DNA from: Malacoraja senta
Lineage: Eukaryota
Assembly (NCBI GenBank): GCA_038087875.1
Contig: JAXLNO010005716.1
Coordinates: forward strand, 1 to 64,000
Reading direction: 5' to 3'
Length of the DNA: 64,000 nt
Below are positions 33,502-46,900 of this stretch, one piece after another. The position numbers and the translations under genes were made by a program. The notes beneath the pieces were generated by a model, which saw only the letters and a list, made by a program, of their open reading frames with translations, searched no databases and was not told the origin of the DNA. Positions within the stretch are counted from its first letter, which is position 1. Each line of letters begins with the position of its first letter.

Positions 33502-33565
33502 AGTTTTTGTTCAGCTCTCCGCCGCCGTGGGCTGTATCACGGTGATTCACCGCCGCTCACAAACT
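33502..33565 (-). other. IGHD: D2 segment (ATACAGCC, 33530-33537) with 12-RSS on both sides
   Basis: 5' RSS CACGGTG-12-TCACAAACT (33538-33565); 3' RSS CACGGCG-12-ACAAAAACT (33529-33502). Confidence 0.87.
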
Positions 33566-33891
33566 GTGCTACCACATCCAGCCCGAAATCCAACGGGCCA
33601 GAGTGGGCAGCGGCTTAATTAAAGCCCCATCCATCTGTGTCCTGTGTCCCCCACACAACAGCGTCCAGTCTCGGCCATTGCAGCCCTGTAGTGGACATGA
33701 GAGAACCCACCGGGACTGTCACCGTGCCTCGACCCACAGCGGCTCCTCGCTGCTTGTGTTCCCACATCTCCAGTGGAACTTGTTCCCTGTGCCAGATGAT
33801 ACACTCGGGATCTGCTTTATATCCACGGGTCCCGGGGAAAGGCGGCGGCTGCAGCGCCCAGAGACGTGATTTAAAGCGTTTAGTTGCGGCA

Positions 33892-33970
33892 GGTTTTTGT
33901 ATGGAGGAAGTCCCATCTCTCACACTGTGCCACCCATATAGTCACTGTGATTCACCGCCGTACAATAACC
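33892..33970 (-). other. IGHD: D1 segment (ACTATATGGGTGG, 33930-33942) with 5' 12-RSS and 3' 22-RSS
   Basis: 5' RSS CACTGTG-12-ACAATAACC (33943-33970); 3' RSS CACAGTG-22-ACAAAAACC (33929-33892). Confidence 0.92.
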
Positions 33971-34176
33971 CCCATCCTCTCACACTGTCTCCGAGCCCAG
34001 TCACTCCGCACGTCCGACTGTCAACTTGGAGCCCAAGATCTCTCTGTTCATCGATGTTCCTTCTCGCCCAACCATTGACCGTGTCTCAGAGACGGACACT
34101 GGGCCTGATCGATCCGTGACTCCAGTTCCACCCACGGCGCTTGGCTCCTTGCTGAGGGCAGGCTCTCTCTCCCCTG

Positions 34177-34215
34177 GGTTGTTGTACCGGCCCGGCCCCG
34201 CTTCCTCTCACTGTG
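34177..34215 (-). promoter_or_regulatory. VH 23-RSS
   Basis: CACAGTG - 23 nt - ACAACAACC immediately after YYCAR. Confidence 0.95.
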
Positions 34216-34513
34216 TGTCTCGCACAGTAATAGGTGGCCGTGTCGTCCAGTGTCAGGCGGTTCATTTGGAGATAGACGTTGCTGCTGTCCTTGGAAACCA
34301 CGAATCGGCCGCTGAAGGCAGGCGCGTACTGTTTGCTACCATCACCCCACACTACCCCCACCCACTCCAGCCCTTTCCCGGAGACCTGTTTCACCCAGCT
34401 CACGCCGTAGCTGCTGAGGCTGAACCCGCTGGTTACACAGGTCAGTTTGAGGGGCTCTCCGGGCTTTGCCAGCGCGGTCGGGGTCTGATTCAGCACGATC
34501 GCGGATCGAACGC
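34216..34513 (-). CDS. IGHV: IgW VH exon (germline, unrearranged)
   Basis: ttggcag| GVRS-AIVLNQTPTALAKPGEPLKLTCVTSGFSLSSYGVSWVKQVSGKGLEWVGVVWGDGSKQYAPAFSGRFVVSKDSSNVYLQMNRLTLDDTATYYCAR; conserved Cys/Trp/Cys. Confidence 0.97.
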
Positions 34514-34627
34514 CTGCCAATAAAAGAGAAACAAAGTTGAATAAACAGTTGAAGAGGCAGAGGGTGAAAGAGTGTCCGAGAAGCAGCCCGGCCCCGAGTG
34601 GGGGTGACGCCGCGGGGGGACACCCAC

Positions 34628-34673
34628 CTGGCAGACAGGACAGAAGGAGACAGAGATAAGCAGCGACCCCCAT
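34628..34673 (-). CDS. IGHV: IgW leader exon MGVAAYLCLLLSCLP
   Basis: ATG, hydrophobic signal peptide, donor G|gtgggt, 114-nt intron to VH. Confidence 0.94.
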
Positions 34674-34761
34674 CACTCTGAGCACTGACACACACTTGGA
34701 CACTCGAGGAATGGGCGGCTTCAACTCAGGCCGGCTTTGTCGGGAGCAGCAGTCAGCGCTG

Positions 34762-34769
34762 TTTAAATA
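34762..34769 (-). promoter_or_regulatory. TATA-like box TATTTAAA of VH promoter
   Basis: ~90 nt upstream of the ATG; E-box CACTTG adjacent; no octamer seen, consistent with shark VH promoters. Confidence 0.6.
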
Positions 34770-35059
34770 GGCAAGTGAGCTGTGACTGTGAGGGAGAGAG
34801 AGAGAGAGAGAGGGAGCCGCGGCTTGAACAGGTTCACACCCACTGAAACCAGAGGCGCGGCTTCCTGTCCCTGCTCCCAGCACCCAGTTCAATTCCCCAA
34901 AAGATGTTTGTCTCCACAACAGGCGGCGGGTGGAGGGGCAATGATGAGATCCGGATTAAAGATTGATCCCACTCTGCTCCATCCACTCATTACAATGCTG
35001 AACACTTTGTGGAGCAAGAGGACCCTCAGATACCCCAGTGAGGGGCTGAGTTAAAAGTC

Positions 35060-35395
35060 GGTGTACAGATATCCCCCTGAGAGAGAGGGACACCTGTCAA
35101 TGTAGATATCCCCTTGGGAGAGAGGGGCTAAGGTTCACTGGTCAGTGTACAGATATCCCCCTGAGAGAGAGGACTGAGAGAGACCGGTCAGTGTACAGAT
35201 ATCCCCTTGGGAGAGAGGGGCAAAGGTTCACCGGTCAGTGTACAGATATCCCCCTGAGAGAGACCGGTCAGTGTACAGATATCCCCCTGAGAGAGACTGG
35301 TCAGTGTACAGATATCCTGGTGAGAGAGAGGGACTGAGAGACACCAGTTAGTGCAGATATCCACATCAATGAGAGGACTGAGAGACACCGGTCAG
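35060..35395 (+). repeat. Tandem satellite (gtcagtgtacagatatccccctgagagaga..)n; related copies at ~37490-38000 and ~38215-38320
   Basis: About 8 diverged 33-45 bp units. Confidence 0.85.
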
Positions 35396-35619
35396 TTTGA
35401 GTTGAGTTTATTGTCACATGTACCGAGGTACAGTGAAAAGCTTTAGTTGTGTGTTAACCAGACAACAGACGATAATACATGATTACAATCGAGCACAGTG
35501 AACAGAAACATGATGAAGGGAATAACATGAATAAAGTTCAGTGCAAGATAAAACCAGTAAATTCCAATCAAAGATAGTCCGAGGGTCTCCAATGAGGTAG
35601 ATAGAGCACAGAAGTCAAG

Positions 35620-37243
35620 CTACACCAGCCAGTCGTGATGCTATGAATGAAGTCCATCTACTCCTATATCGGCGACAATCTACGACAATGTATGACCATA
35701 CCGACGACAAGCTACGACCATACCGGCAACATGCTACGACAGCTGGTGACCATCGGCAACAGTTGACGCGACTAGCTACACCAGGCTATGACAGTGGCTC
35801 CTCCATGAGTCTCCTTTTTCTCCAGGAGAGGGCCCACCCAGTGTCTTCGGCTCCTGAAACAGCTCAGGGGAGCCTGGTGAAGTTTCTGAAGGCAGCCTCA
35901 TCTTCTTGCTGGAGCTCAGTCATCAGGTTGTCATACTGGCCCAACCTGGGTCTCTACAGGGACAAGGGCTACAACCACACACACCTCTTCTTGGGCTTCC
36001 TCTTCCCCATTCTTCTTGTCCTTCTGTCTTGATGATCTTTAAGCATGAGGGCTGCTGCAAGCAGCAGGGCTTCTTCTAATGAGAGCAATGCCCTCAGATG
36101 TTGGAAACAATACATCCCCTTTTATAAATGGGTGATTCCATTGTTTTGGAGGCCAAAATGACATGAATTGTCTTCAGTTGTCTCCGACAGTCGTAACTTG
36201 CCGTGGACGTAGGTTGACTTCGGTTGTCTCCTGTGTAGTCGTAGATTGTCATATGTGTCGTCGTAGGTTGTCATAGGTGGATGTCCCAATTTGCCAGGCA
36301 CGGAAATCGCTATCAAAATATGGAGGGGACCGGGGGACAGGGGGGACACAATTTCTTGGCGGCCGTGCGCGCATGCGCACACACACTCGCGCGAGGCTTC
36401 GGAGGCTCAATCTAGCGCTAAATGCAGCTCAACTCTGCCTGTCTCGCCGGGTTAACCTACAGCCCTGCCTGGACTGATGGGACACCAGCGCTGCTTCTCC
36501 GCACTGGCTTTCAACCTGGGCCATATTTCCCGCAAGTGCAGGCAGGTCTGTAGGTTAACCAGGCGGGACAGGAAAAGTGCGGCTGGGTTTTGTGCTGCTT
36601 CTCTGCGCTGGCTGTGGGCCTGGGGGTACAGGTCCCGTCTGACACCCAACATCTCTGGCCACCCATGGGGGGGGGACTCGGCTGGGGATGGGACAGTGCC
36701 GGAGAGCCGGGATCGATCCTGGCTGTGGATGAGGCGCAGGTCTGTGCCGAAAGTGTTTTGGCACGTCTCCCTCCTCCAATCATCGCACTCTATCCTCAGT
36801 CCCAAACCACCCCCCCCACTCCTCCCTCCTCCAATCATCGCGCTGAATCATCATGTCCCGCCCCCATTGCCTGCTGACCGACGTCTCTCTCGTCCAATCG
36901 GCGCCCTCGATCATCAGTCCCACCCCCACTGTCTCACGGAAAGCGGAGATTTCACCAGGTTTTAAAATCCGGATTACAAAAACTTGGGGGGGATCGTCCC
37001 CCACCTCTCAAAACAGAGGGGGGACACGTCCCCCCTGCCCCCCCCCCGGGATTTCCGCCCCTTCAAGTTGCGACGATTGGGTCGCCAGTTGTCAGTAGCT
37101 TGCCTTAGCTTGACGTCGACTAGGTGGTAGGTTGTTGTAGCTTCTCGTAGACATTGTTGTAGGGGGGTCCAGTCACCGGTTTTTCAGCGACCTGCTATGA
37201 CTATGACAGTCGCAGGCCGTCGCCTAAGTGGGACAGGCCCTTA
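35620..37243 (-). mobile_element. Decayed Harbinger element with transposase N-terminal relic (~35800-36080) and a nested hAT-like MITE (~36296-37063)
   Basis: Minus-strand KKRCVWL*PLSL*RPRLGQYDNLMTELQQEDEAAFRNFTRLP-/-VGPLLEKKETH matches Harbinger transposase; TIR gtgggacaggccct followed by TAA at 37230-37246, same TIR as the MITEs. Confidence 0.72.
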
Positions 37244-37562
37244 AATGGCTTAATTGTAATCATGCATTGTCCTTCTGCTGACAGATTAACACACAACAAA
37301 AGCTTTTCACAGTGCCTCGGTGTACATGAGAATAAACTAAACTAAACTGAACTGAAGTCAATGATGCAGTTGCAGAGGTGAGTACTGACTCCAAGTCCCT
37401 CGAGTTTGGTGATGAGCTTGGCTGCTATAATGGTCTTAAATGAGCTTGGCTGGTATAATGGTATCAGACTGTAGATATCGCATGAAAGAGTGTACAGATA
37501 TACTCCTGACAGTGGGACTGGTCAGTGTAGATGTCCCAAGAGAGAGGGAATGAGGGAGACCG

Positions 37563-37827
37563 NNNNNNNNNNNNNNNNNNNNNNNNNNNNNNNNNNNNNN
37601 NNNNNNNNNNNNNNNNNNNNNNNNNNNNNNNNNNNNNNNNNNNNNNNNNNNNNNNNNNNNNNNNNNNNNNNNNNNNNNNNNNNNNNNNNNNNNNNNNNNN
37701 NNNNNNNNNNNNNNNNNNNNNNNNNNNNNNNNNNNNNNNNNNNNNNNNNNNNNNNNNNNNNNNNNNNNNNNNNNNNNNNNNNNNNNNNNNNNNNNNNNNN
37801 NNNNNNNNNNNNNNNNNNNNNNNNNNN
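37563..37827. other. Assembly gap (265 N) inside satellite/GA-rich repeat
   Basis: Run of N. Confidence 1.
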
Positions 37828-39129
37828 GGGAGAGACAGAGGGGGAGAGACAGAGGGGGAGAGACAGAGGGGGAGAGGGAGAGGGAGAGGGAGAGAGAACG
37901 CTAGCTGTCAGTGTACAAATATGCCAAGAGAGAGGCACTGAGAGACACTGGTCAGTGTACAGATATCCCCATGAGAGAGAGGGATTGGAAGACATGGGTC
38001 AGTGTAGAACAGAAACATAGAAAAATAGGTACAGGAGTAGGCCAATTAGCCCTTCTGATCATGGCTGATCATCTAAAATCAGTACCCCGTTCCTGCTTTT
38101 TCCCCATATTCCTTGATTCATTTAGCACTAAGAGCTAAATCTAACTCTCTCATGAAAACTTCCAGTGAATTGGCCTCCACTGCCGTCTGTGGCAGAGAAT
38201 TCCACAGATTCACAACAGTGTACAGATAACCCTCTGAGAGAGAGAGAGAGATAGAAAGAGAGAGAGAGACTTAAAGCTGCAGAGAAACTGTGAGCAGTGT
38301 AAAGTTATCCCCCTGAGAGAGATTGACTGGGAGAACCCATGCAGTGAGGTAAAGGGACTGAATTGATAAAACTAATTTGCAGAATCTTCTGCCTCCACTA
38401 ACCTTGGAAGAATCAATGTGAACCAGAATTACTTGGGTGGAAGGAGGATTATATATTGATGAGGAATTTTCTCTCCCAGACATTAAAACTACTGGACTAC
38501 TGGACAGGTGTCCCCTCGCTACTGATAGAAAACCCATTGATCTGTGCCAGCCATGGGTCTTTTGATGCAAGTTTTCAAGAACAGGAAGTGCAACACTAAG
38601 AGAAGCAGTTGTACTGAGAAACAGGAGGCTGCCCAGTCAAGGGGGCAGCCAAGTGCTGCTGGACGGGTCAATGGCAGGAAATCCCAGGGAGAGACATTCT
38701 GTGGAGCATCTGTTCCTTCTTCAGAATGGTCTCACAACAGTTCTAAATCATGCACCTCCAACAGACATAGAGCAACAAACACAGCTCAATCCAACTCCTA
38801 TGGCAGCTAAACAGATGTCCTGTTACCCTTTCAACCTCACTTTGACCATTACCATTTGTCCTTTTACAGGAACTTGGGACAGTTAATGGAGATGTCCTGA
38901 GGACAGTGCGTATTATGGACATGGAGGTGCTCGATGTCCTCAGGCATATGACAGTAGATAAGACCTATGAAGATTGTACAAACATTGATGCTGGAATGCA
39001 TTACTAGTAGAAGTTGTGGAAGCAGATACAACACAATGATTAAAAGGCATTTAGAGAGATTAGACATTCAGTATTTCCTTTCTCCCGGTGTATGAATATT
39101 TTGGTTCCACTTGTATTCCAAAGTATGCT

Positions 39130-40050
39130 TTGCCTCACATCAGTGGTAGAGATAAAATTGGAGACGATTTTTTGGGATAGGATTTACTACCATTTGGAAG
39201 ACAATGGGCTAGTTAGGAACCATCAGCATGGCTTTGTACGCCACAGATCATGTCTTACTAACTTGAATGATTTTTTTGAGGAGGTGACAAAGGTGATCGA
39301 TGAAGGTAGGGCAGTGGATGTTGTCTATATGGACCTTAGTAAGGCATTTGAGAAAGTTTTCCATGGTTGGTTGTCCAAGAAGGTCAAAATGCACGGCATT
39401 CATACTGATTTCCTGGTCCGAGAACACTGATGCAATTATTAAGAAAGCACATCAGCGCCTCTACTTCCTAAGAAGATTACGGAGAGTCGGTTTGTCAAGG
39501 AGGACTCTCTCTAACTTCTACAGGTGCACAGTAGAGAGCATGCTGATCGGTTGCATAGTGGCTTGGTTCGGCAACTTGAGCGCCCTGGAGAGGAAAAGAC
39601 TACAAAAAGTAGTAAACACTGCCCAGTCCATCATCGGCTCTGACCTCCCTTCCATCGAGGGGATCTATCGCAGTCGCTGCCTCAAAAGGGCTGGCAGTAT
39701 CATCAAGGACCCACACTATCCTGGCAACACACTCATCTCCCTGCTACCTTCAGGTAGAAGGTACAGGAGCCTGAAGACTGCAACGACCAGGTTCAGGAAT
39801 AGCTACTTCCCCACAGCCATCAGACTATTAAACTTGGCTCAGACAAAACGCTGAACATTAATAGCCCATTATCTGTTATTTGCACTTTATCAGTTTATTT
39901 ATTCATGTGTGTATATATTTATATAATGGTATATGGACACACTGATCTGTTTTGTAGTCAATGCCTACTATGTTCAGTTGTGCTGAAACAGCAAGAATTT
40001 CATTGTCCTATTAGGGACACATGACAATAAACTCACGAACTTGAACGTGA
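39130..40050 (+). mobile_element. CR1 RT fragment joined to a Rex1/Babar 3' fragment (from ~39420)
   Basis: RNHQHGFVRHRSCLTNL..VYMDLSKAF then KKAHQRLYFLRRLRR...FPTAIRLLN, (cttga)n-like tail. Confidence 0.85.
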
Positions 40051-40839
40051 ACTTGATTTTGTCGTCTGGGACAATACAGGTTTACTGATAGAAGACAGAG
40101 GGTTGTGATAAAGGGCATTATTCAGACTGGAAGTCTGTGACCAGCTGAGTTCTGCAGGGATCAGCGGACAGTGAGCAAGGATGTTAAAGTATAGATCTGC
40201 GAGGAGGATGCTATGAGGCTGCAGGGTGACATGGATAGGTTGGGTAAGTGGGCAGATGCACTCTAAAGTATAGACGGTATAGATCAGCTCAGAAATGGGC
40301 AAAGAAATGGAAAATGAGGTTCAATCTGACCAAATGCTAAGTTGTTTTTCTAAAAATGACCAATATTCTCCATGCTTGCATGAAGCACATCTCTTCATTG
40401 TCCTCTTTCAGAGTCAGTCCTATTGATTGGTTATCTTTTCAGTAATATAAGAATTGTTTATAGGTGTTGGTCCTTAAGTCAGGAACATATTTCCATATGT
40501 CAAGCAGCCTGCTTGTTCTTTTTAGCAAGTCTGTCCCTGTGGGAGGCCCCCCTGTTCGGATTAAGACAAGCTGCCATCTCCAACAGGAAATCTGAGGTGA
40601 AGGAAATAGTGCCCACATCACTGTCCAGTTTCACACACCCGTCAACAGTCAAAATATGAAACGTGTTTCTGGTAAATCAACAGCTGCACGCAGAGATTGT
40701 GTTCAAATTTGTCCCATGCATAGAGGATCAGTAAAAAGGTTCTTCAGCCCTCCAGCCCGTCCCCACTCTCTGCTGATCTGTGTTTGAACTCCATTTATCC
40801 ACCTTGGTTCTATGTCCTTTAATCACCAAAGAAGGTGGC

Positions 40840-42880
40840 TCAACCGTGGCTGACGAGGAAAATTAGGGATAGTGTTAAATCCAAGGAAGAGGCGTATAAA
40901 TTGGCTAGAGGAAGCAGCAAACCAGAGGACTGGGGGAAATTCAACAGAGGAGAACAAAAGGGGTTAATTAAGGGGGGAAAATAGTATGAAAGAAAGCTTG
41001 TGGGGAATATAAAAACTGACCGTAAAAACATTTTTTGATACTGTACTGTATGTGAAGAGGAAAAGATTAGTGAAGACAAATGTAGGTCCCTCACAGTCAG
41101 AAACAGATGAATTTATAATGGGAAACAAGGAAATGGTAGACCAGTTAAACAAGTACTTTGGTTCTGTTTTCACTAAGGAAGACACAAACAATCTCTCAGA
41201 AATACTAGGGGACTGAGGATATGGCGTGATGGAGGAACTGAAGGAAATTGACATTAGTCATGAAATGGTGTTGGGAAACTGTTGGGACTGAAGGCCGATG
41301 AATCCCCAGGGCCTGATGGTCTGTATCCCAGAGTACACAAGGAGGTGGCCATAGATATTGTGGATACATTAGTGATCATTTTCCAATGTTCTATAGGCTC
41401 TGGATCAGTTCCTGTGGACTGGAGGGTAGCTAATGTAACCCCACTTTTTAAGAAAGGAGGGAGAGAGAAAACAGGGAATTATAGACCAGTTAACCTTCCA
41501 TTGATAGTGGGGAAGATGCTTGAGTCGATTATTAAATATGTAATAGCAGCGCATTTGAAAAGCAGTGACAGGATCGGTCAGTCAGCATGGATTTATGAAG
41601 GGGAAATCATCCTTGACTAATCTTCTGGACATTTTTGAGGATGTAACAAGTAGAATGGATAAGGGAGAGCCAGTGGATGTGGTTTTATCTGGACGTTCAA
41701 AAAGCCTTTGACAAGGTCCCACACAAGAGATTCGTATGCAAAATGAGAGCACACAGTATTGGGGGTAGGGTACTGACATGGATAGAAAACTGGTTGGCAG
41801 ACAGGAAGCAAAGAGTAGGAATTAACATGTCCTTTGCAGAATGGCAGGCAATGACGAGTGGGGTGTCGCAAGGCTTGGTACTGGGACCCCAATTATTTAC
41901 AATATATATTAACAATTTAGTCAAGGGAATCAAATGTAACATCTCCACGTTTGCGGATGACATAAAGCTGGGTGGCAGTGTGAGCTGCGAGGAGGATGCT
42001 ATGAGGCTGTAGGGTGACTTGGATAGGTTGGGTGAGTGGGCAGTTGCATTGCAGATGCAGTATAATGTGGATAAATGTGAGGTTATCTACTTTGGTGGCA
42101 AGAACAGGAAGGCAGATAATTATCTGAATGGTGTCAGATGAGGAAAAGAGGAACTGCAGCGAGACCTGGGTTCCCCTGTACATCAATCACTGACAGTAAG
42201 CATGCAGTAACAGCAGGCAGTGAAGAAAGCTAATGGCATTTAGGCCTTCATACAGAGAGGATTTGAGTAAATGAGCAAGGAGGTCCTACTATAGTTGTAC
42301 AGGGCCCTGGTGAGACCGCACCTGGAGTATTATTGTGTGCAGTTTTGTTCTTCTAATTTGTGGAAGGACATTCTTGCTATTGAGGGAGTGCAGCGTAGGT
42401 TCACCAGGTTCATTCCCAGGATGGCGCAACTGACATATAATGAAAGAATGGGTCGACTGGGCTTGTATTCACTGGAATTTAGAAAGATGAGAGGAAGTCT
42501 TATAGAAACATATAAAATTCTTCAGGGATTGGACAGGCTAAATGCAGGAAAAATGCTCCCGATGTTGGGGGAGTCCAGAACCAGAGTTTCAGAATAAGGG
42601 GTAGGCCATTTAGGACTGAGATGAGGAAAAACGTTTTCACCCATAAAGTTGTGAATCTGTGGAATTCTCTGCCACAGAAGGCAATGGAGGCCAAATCGCT
42701 GGATGTTTTCAAGAGAGTTAGATATAGTTCTTTGGGCTAATGGAATCAAGCGATATGGGGAAAAACAGGAACAGGTTACTGATTTTGGATGATCAGCCAT
42801 GATCATATTGAATGGCAGTGCTGGCATGAAGGGCTGAATGGCCAACTCCTGCAGCTATGTTTCTATGTTTCTAACATTGT
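40840..42880 (+). mobile_element. CR1 LINE ORF2, degenerate
   Basis: [49 protein letters not shown]. Confidence 0.92.
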
Positions 42881-43194
42881 GTCCATGTGGAAACTTTCAA
42901 CTGAACCCCAGACTTGACAGCTTCCAGGGGCAGTTCTGGGTTTCCAGTGCCCTCAATATCCTGGATGCCATGTTTATGTTTTTGTCCTTGTTTGGATCCA
43001 CAGCACAGGAAGCAGATTCTTCGTCTGCTCCAGTGCATCCAGTGATTATTTTAATCTCCCCAATTACACCTTCAATTCTCCACACCTCAGGGAGCATAGA
43101 ACCAGACCTGATATTCCAACCACTTCTCTCCCACTGCCACTGTCCCTGGAGGGGATGCACCCGCTGCATCACCTCCAAGGACACACATCCATCT

Positions 43195-43975
43195 TCACTA
43201 ACGAGGACACAAACAATCTTCCTGATGTACTAGTGGCCAGAGGATCTGGGGTGACGGAGGAACGGAAGGAAATCCACATTCAGGAAATGGTGTTGTGTAG
43301 ACTGATGGGACTGAAGGCTGATAAATTCCCAGGGCCTGATGGTCTGCATCCCAGGGCACTTAAGGAAGAGGCTCTAGAAATCGTGGACGCATTGGTGTTC
43401 ATTTTCCAATGTTCTATAGATTCAGGATCAGTTCCTGTGGATTGGAGGGTAGCTAATGTTATCCCACTTTTAAAGAAAGGCAGGTGAGAGAAAACAGGGA
43501 ATTATAGACCAGTTAGCCTGACCGGTGGTGGGGAAGATGCTGGAGTAAATTATAAAGCATTTGATAAGGTTCCACACAGGAGATTAGTGGGCAAAATTAG
43601 GGCACATGGTATTGGGTGTAGACTGCTGACATCCATAGAAAATTGGTTGGCAGACAGGAAACAAAGAGTAGAGATTAACGGGTCCCTTTCAAAATGGCAG
43701 GTAGTGACTAGTGGGGCACCGCAAGCCTCGGTGCTGGGACCGCAGTTATTTACAATATATATTAACAATTTAGATGAGGGATTTAAATGTAACATCTCCA
43801 GGTTTGCGGATGAAACAAAGCTGGGAGGCAGTGTGAGCTGCGAGGAGGATGCTATGAGGCAGCAGGGTGACTTGGATAGGTTGGATGAGTGGGCAGATGC
43901 ATGGCAGATGCTGTAGAATGTGGTTAATTGTGAGGTTATCTACTTTGGTGGCAAGAACAGGAAGGCAGATAATTA
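43195..43975 (+). mobile_element. CR1 LINE internal fragment with deletion
   Basis: KFPGPDGLHPRALKE, GAPQASVLGP, RFADETKL. Confidence 0.88.
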
Positions 43976-43989
43976 TATGTGGATAAATG

Positions 43990-46900
43990 CAGCGCTGCCA
44001 ACTCTCACGCTTTGAGTGTGAGAGTCACACATTTCAGCCAATTCTCACGCCCTCACGCTGATGACAGAATTCTCACGCCGTCTTCAGTCCCTGCACAGCA
44101 AAGATCCTATAGCGGTGATGTAGGTCTGGAGAAGCTCATGGGTTGACGGCTGTGAGTGACGTCGCGTCACTTCTCTCTTGGTTGGATGTGCAGCCGCCGA
44201 CAACATGAAGCAGCCGGAGTTAGAATGGGGAAGCTCCCGGGCAGCGGGTATCAACGCCTCTGTGTGCCGGCTGCGAGTGCTGCGCTGCCGGCCACCGCTG
44301 CAGCCTCGCTCCCTCGCTCCCTTCCTCCCTCCTGCCCTTCAGCTCACACAGCGGCGCCAGCGCCGCCAATCCACGCTGCATCGTGCCCGCCAGACTCCCC
44401 ACTGGGCATCCGGGGAGAGAAAGGGAGAAAGAGAGAGAGAGAGGGAAAGAAAAAAAGGGAGGGATGGAGGCAAAGAGAGACAGGGGCAGGGAATGTAGAA
44501 AGGAGATGAAGGGGGGAGGGAGAAAGGGGAGAAAGAGGGAGGGTGAGGAAAGAGAGGGTGGGGGAGGAAAGAGGGAGGGAGAGGGAGGAAAGAGGGAGGG
44601 AGGGGGAGGAGGGAGGGGAGAAGGAAAGGTGTGTGTGTGTGTATGTGTCTGTCTCCCTGTATGTCTCCTTGTGCATGTGTGTGTGTCTCCCTGTGTGTGT
44701 GTGTGTGCCTCCATGTGTGTGTGTGTGTCTTCCTTTGTGTATGTGTCTCCCTGTGTGTATGTGTCTCCCTGTGTGAGTGTTGTCACATCCTGGCCTTAGA
44801 CAGGGCTGCCAACTCACGCTTTGAGCGTTTGAGTCACGCATTTTAGCCAATTCTCACGCTCTCATGCTAATGACAGAATTCTGTCTTCAATCCTGTCTTC
44901 AGTCCCTGCACAGTTTGTCTCGTTGCGCCACATCAGAGCTATCTGTGCGGTCTGGGGAAGCGTGTCGGTTGATGGCTGTGAGTGACGTCGCGTCACTTTT
45001 CTTCTCTTCTCTTCTCTCTTGGTCGGATGTGCAGTCGCCGACAACATGAACCAGCCGGAGATGGAACTAACCAGGTGAATCAGTTGTAAAACATGGGGGT
45101 GGGGGGGGACCACAATGAGGCCAAACATCTAGGAAAGGGTTCGGCAACCTACGGCACACGGGCCGAATCCAGCCCGTAACCTGAAAATCCGCGTTTATTT
45201 CTTCAATTCGTTTTCGCGGGGTCGGGGCAGACGAGCCGACCTGGGAACTGCAGCCAGTCCCGGGGACACAAGCCGATCTGGGAACTGCAGCCAGTCCCTG
45301 GGACACGAGCTGACCTGGGCACGTGCAGAATGCCAACTTGATCATTATGGACAAATTGGGCCAGCCATGTACATGTTGTATAACTCTGACTCTATGCAGA
45401 TCGGAATGGGCTGAGAATGACCATTTAAGCAAAATTGCCCCCACTTTCCCCATTTTGATTCTTGAGATTAATATCCCTTTGCTCTGTTAACAGCGTTAAA
45501 GTACTTATGAGGTAGAGTCAGGAAAGGGAACATGTTATTTTTTTTTTAGTTTGCATTAATTTGTTAGTTGATTGTTAGTTGACTGCCATAATTTCTGAAA
45601 TGGTCTTAAAGTAACTTAACTGTTATAAAGCAGTAATAAGTGATTTTTGTCCAAACAATTGGAACTTGCATAAAATGTTTGCATTATTAGCAGGGCTGCC
45701 AACTCTCACGCATTGAGCGTGAGACTCACGCATTTCACAAAATTCTCACACTCTCACGCTGATCACATAAGGGGAATATAAGGTGAATGCATAGTCTTTT
45801 TCCTGGCATATGTGATTCAAGAACTAGGGGGCATTGGTTTAAAGCAGGGCTGTCAAACTACCGGCCCGCCGGATGATTTTTGGGGAAAAAAAGTTTAGTT
45901 TCTCCCGTGCAGATGAGGTGAGACACGGCGGTGGTCCCAGCACCAACCCCCCTCCCCCTTCCCCCCCAAGGCACGGCGAACACACCTCCCACCCTCACCT
46001 CCGGCGGCTCTATGTCCGTCGGCCGCTGTGTCCACACCCCATGGAGTTTTAACCCCAGCCCGGAGCCAGGAACGGACCGGGTGAGTGGGGGCGTCGGTGC
46101 CGCATCCGGAGCCGCGGGAATGAATCTCGGGCTAAGGCTCCGCTCCGACGCACGACACCCGGGTCACTGACCCTCACCTCCCCCGGACCCCCAGGTCACT
46201 GACCCTCACCTCCCACGGACCTCAGCTGGACAAGGAGCACCTGGGCCGGCCCGCATTCCTGGGAGGGGGGAGGGAAACGCTCCCCGGGCATCGCCAAGTC
46301 TCCGCTCACTCCGGATGTTTTAGCCGCTTCACTGTCACACACACTGGCACACACAAGGTTTAAAGGGATATATGCCAAATGCGGATAAATGGGACTAGTT
46401 TATATGGGGCATCTTGATCTGCATGAACAAGTTGGGATGAAGGGCCTGTTTCCATGCTGTAAGACTATGACACATTGTAGAAAGGGTGCAATTGCTCTGG
46501 AGAGGATCCAGGGGCGATTTATGAAGATGTTGGCAGGGCTGGAATTTTTTTTTCATTTTGAAGAAAGATTTGATAACTGGGATTGTATTCTCTGCAGCAA
46601 CGGAGGTGAAGGAAAAACTTAGTTGAGGTGAAAAATATTATGAGAATAGGACCTGTTTTGCTTAACAAATAGGGTAGGACGGAATTGCAGATGCTGGTTT
46701 AAACTGAAGATAGACACTAAATTTTTTTTTTTAAACTCAGCAGGACAGGCAGCATCTCTGGAGAGAAAGAATGGGTGATGTTTCGTGTCGAGACCTTCAG
46801 ACTGAAGAGGTTGAAAACCAGCCATGAAACACAATGACTGGAGATGTGTGTTACCCAACTAGGGGCAGAAATCAGAATCACGTGTTCATCTTTATTGACG

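Noticed and set aside
34086-34919. 277-aa ORF suggesting an intronless or germline-joined V gene
   Set aside because: It merely reads through the 114-nt leader intron and the RSS. Normal donor/acceptor sites and intact RSSs show an ordinary split-leader, unrearranged VH
38640-38760. Peptide GETFCGASVPSSEW resembling a trypsin-like protease N-terminus
   Set aside because: No following AAHC motif in frame, no splice sites or other protease exons; probably chance
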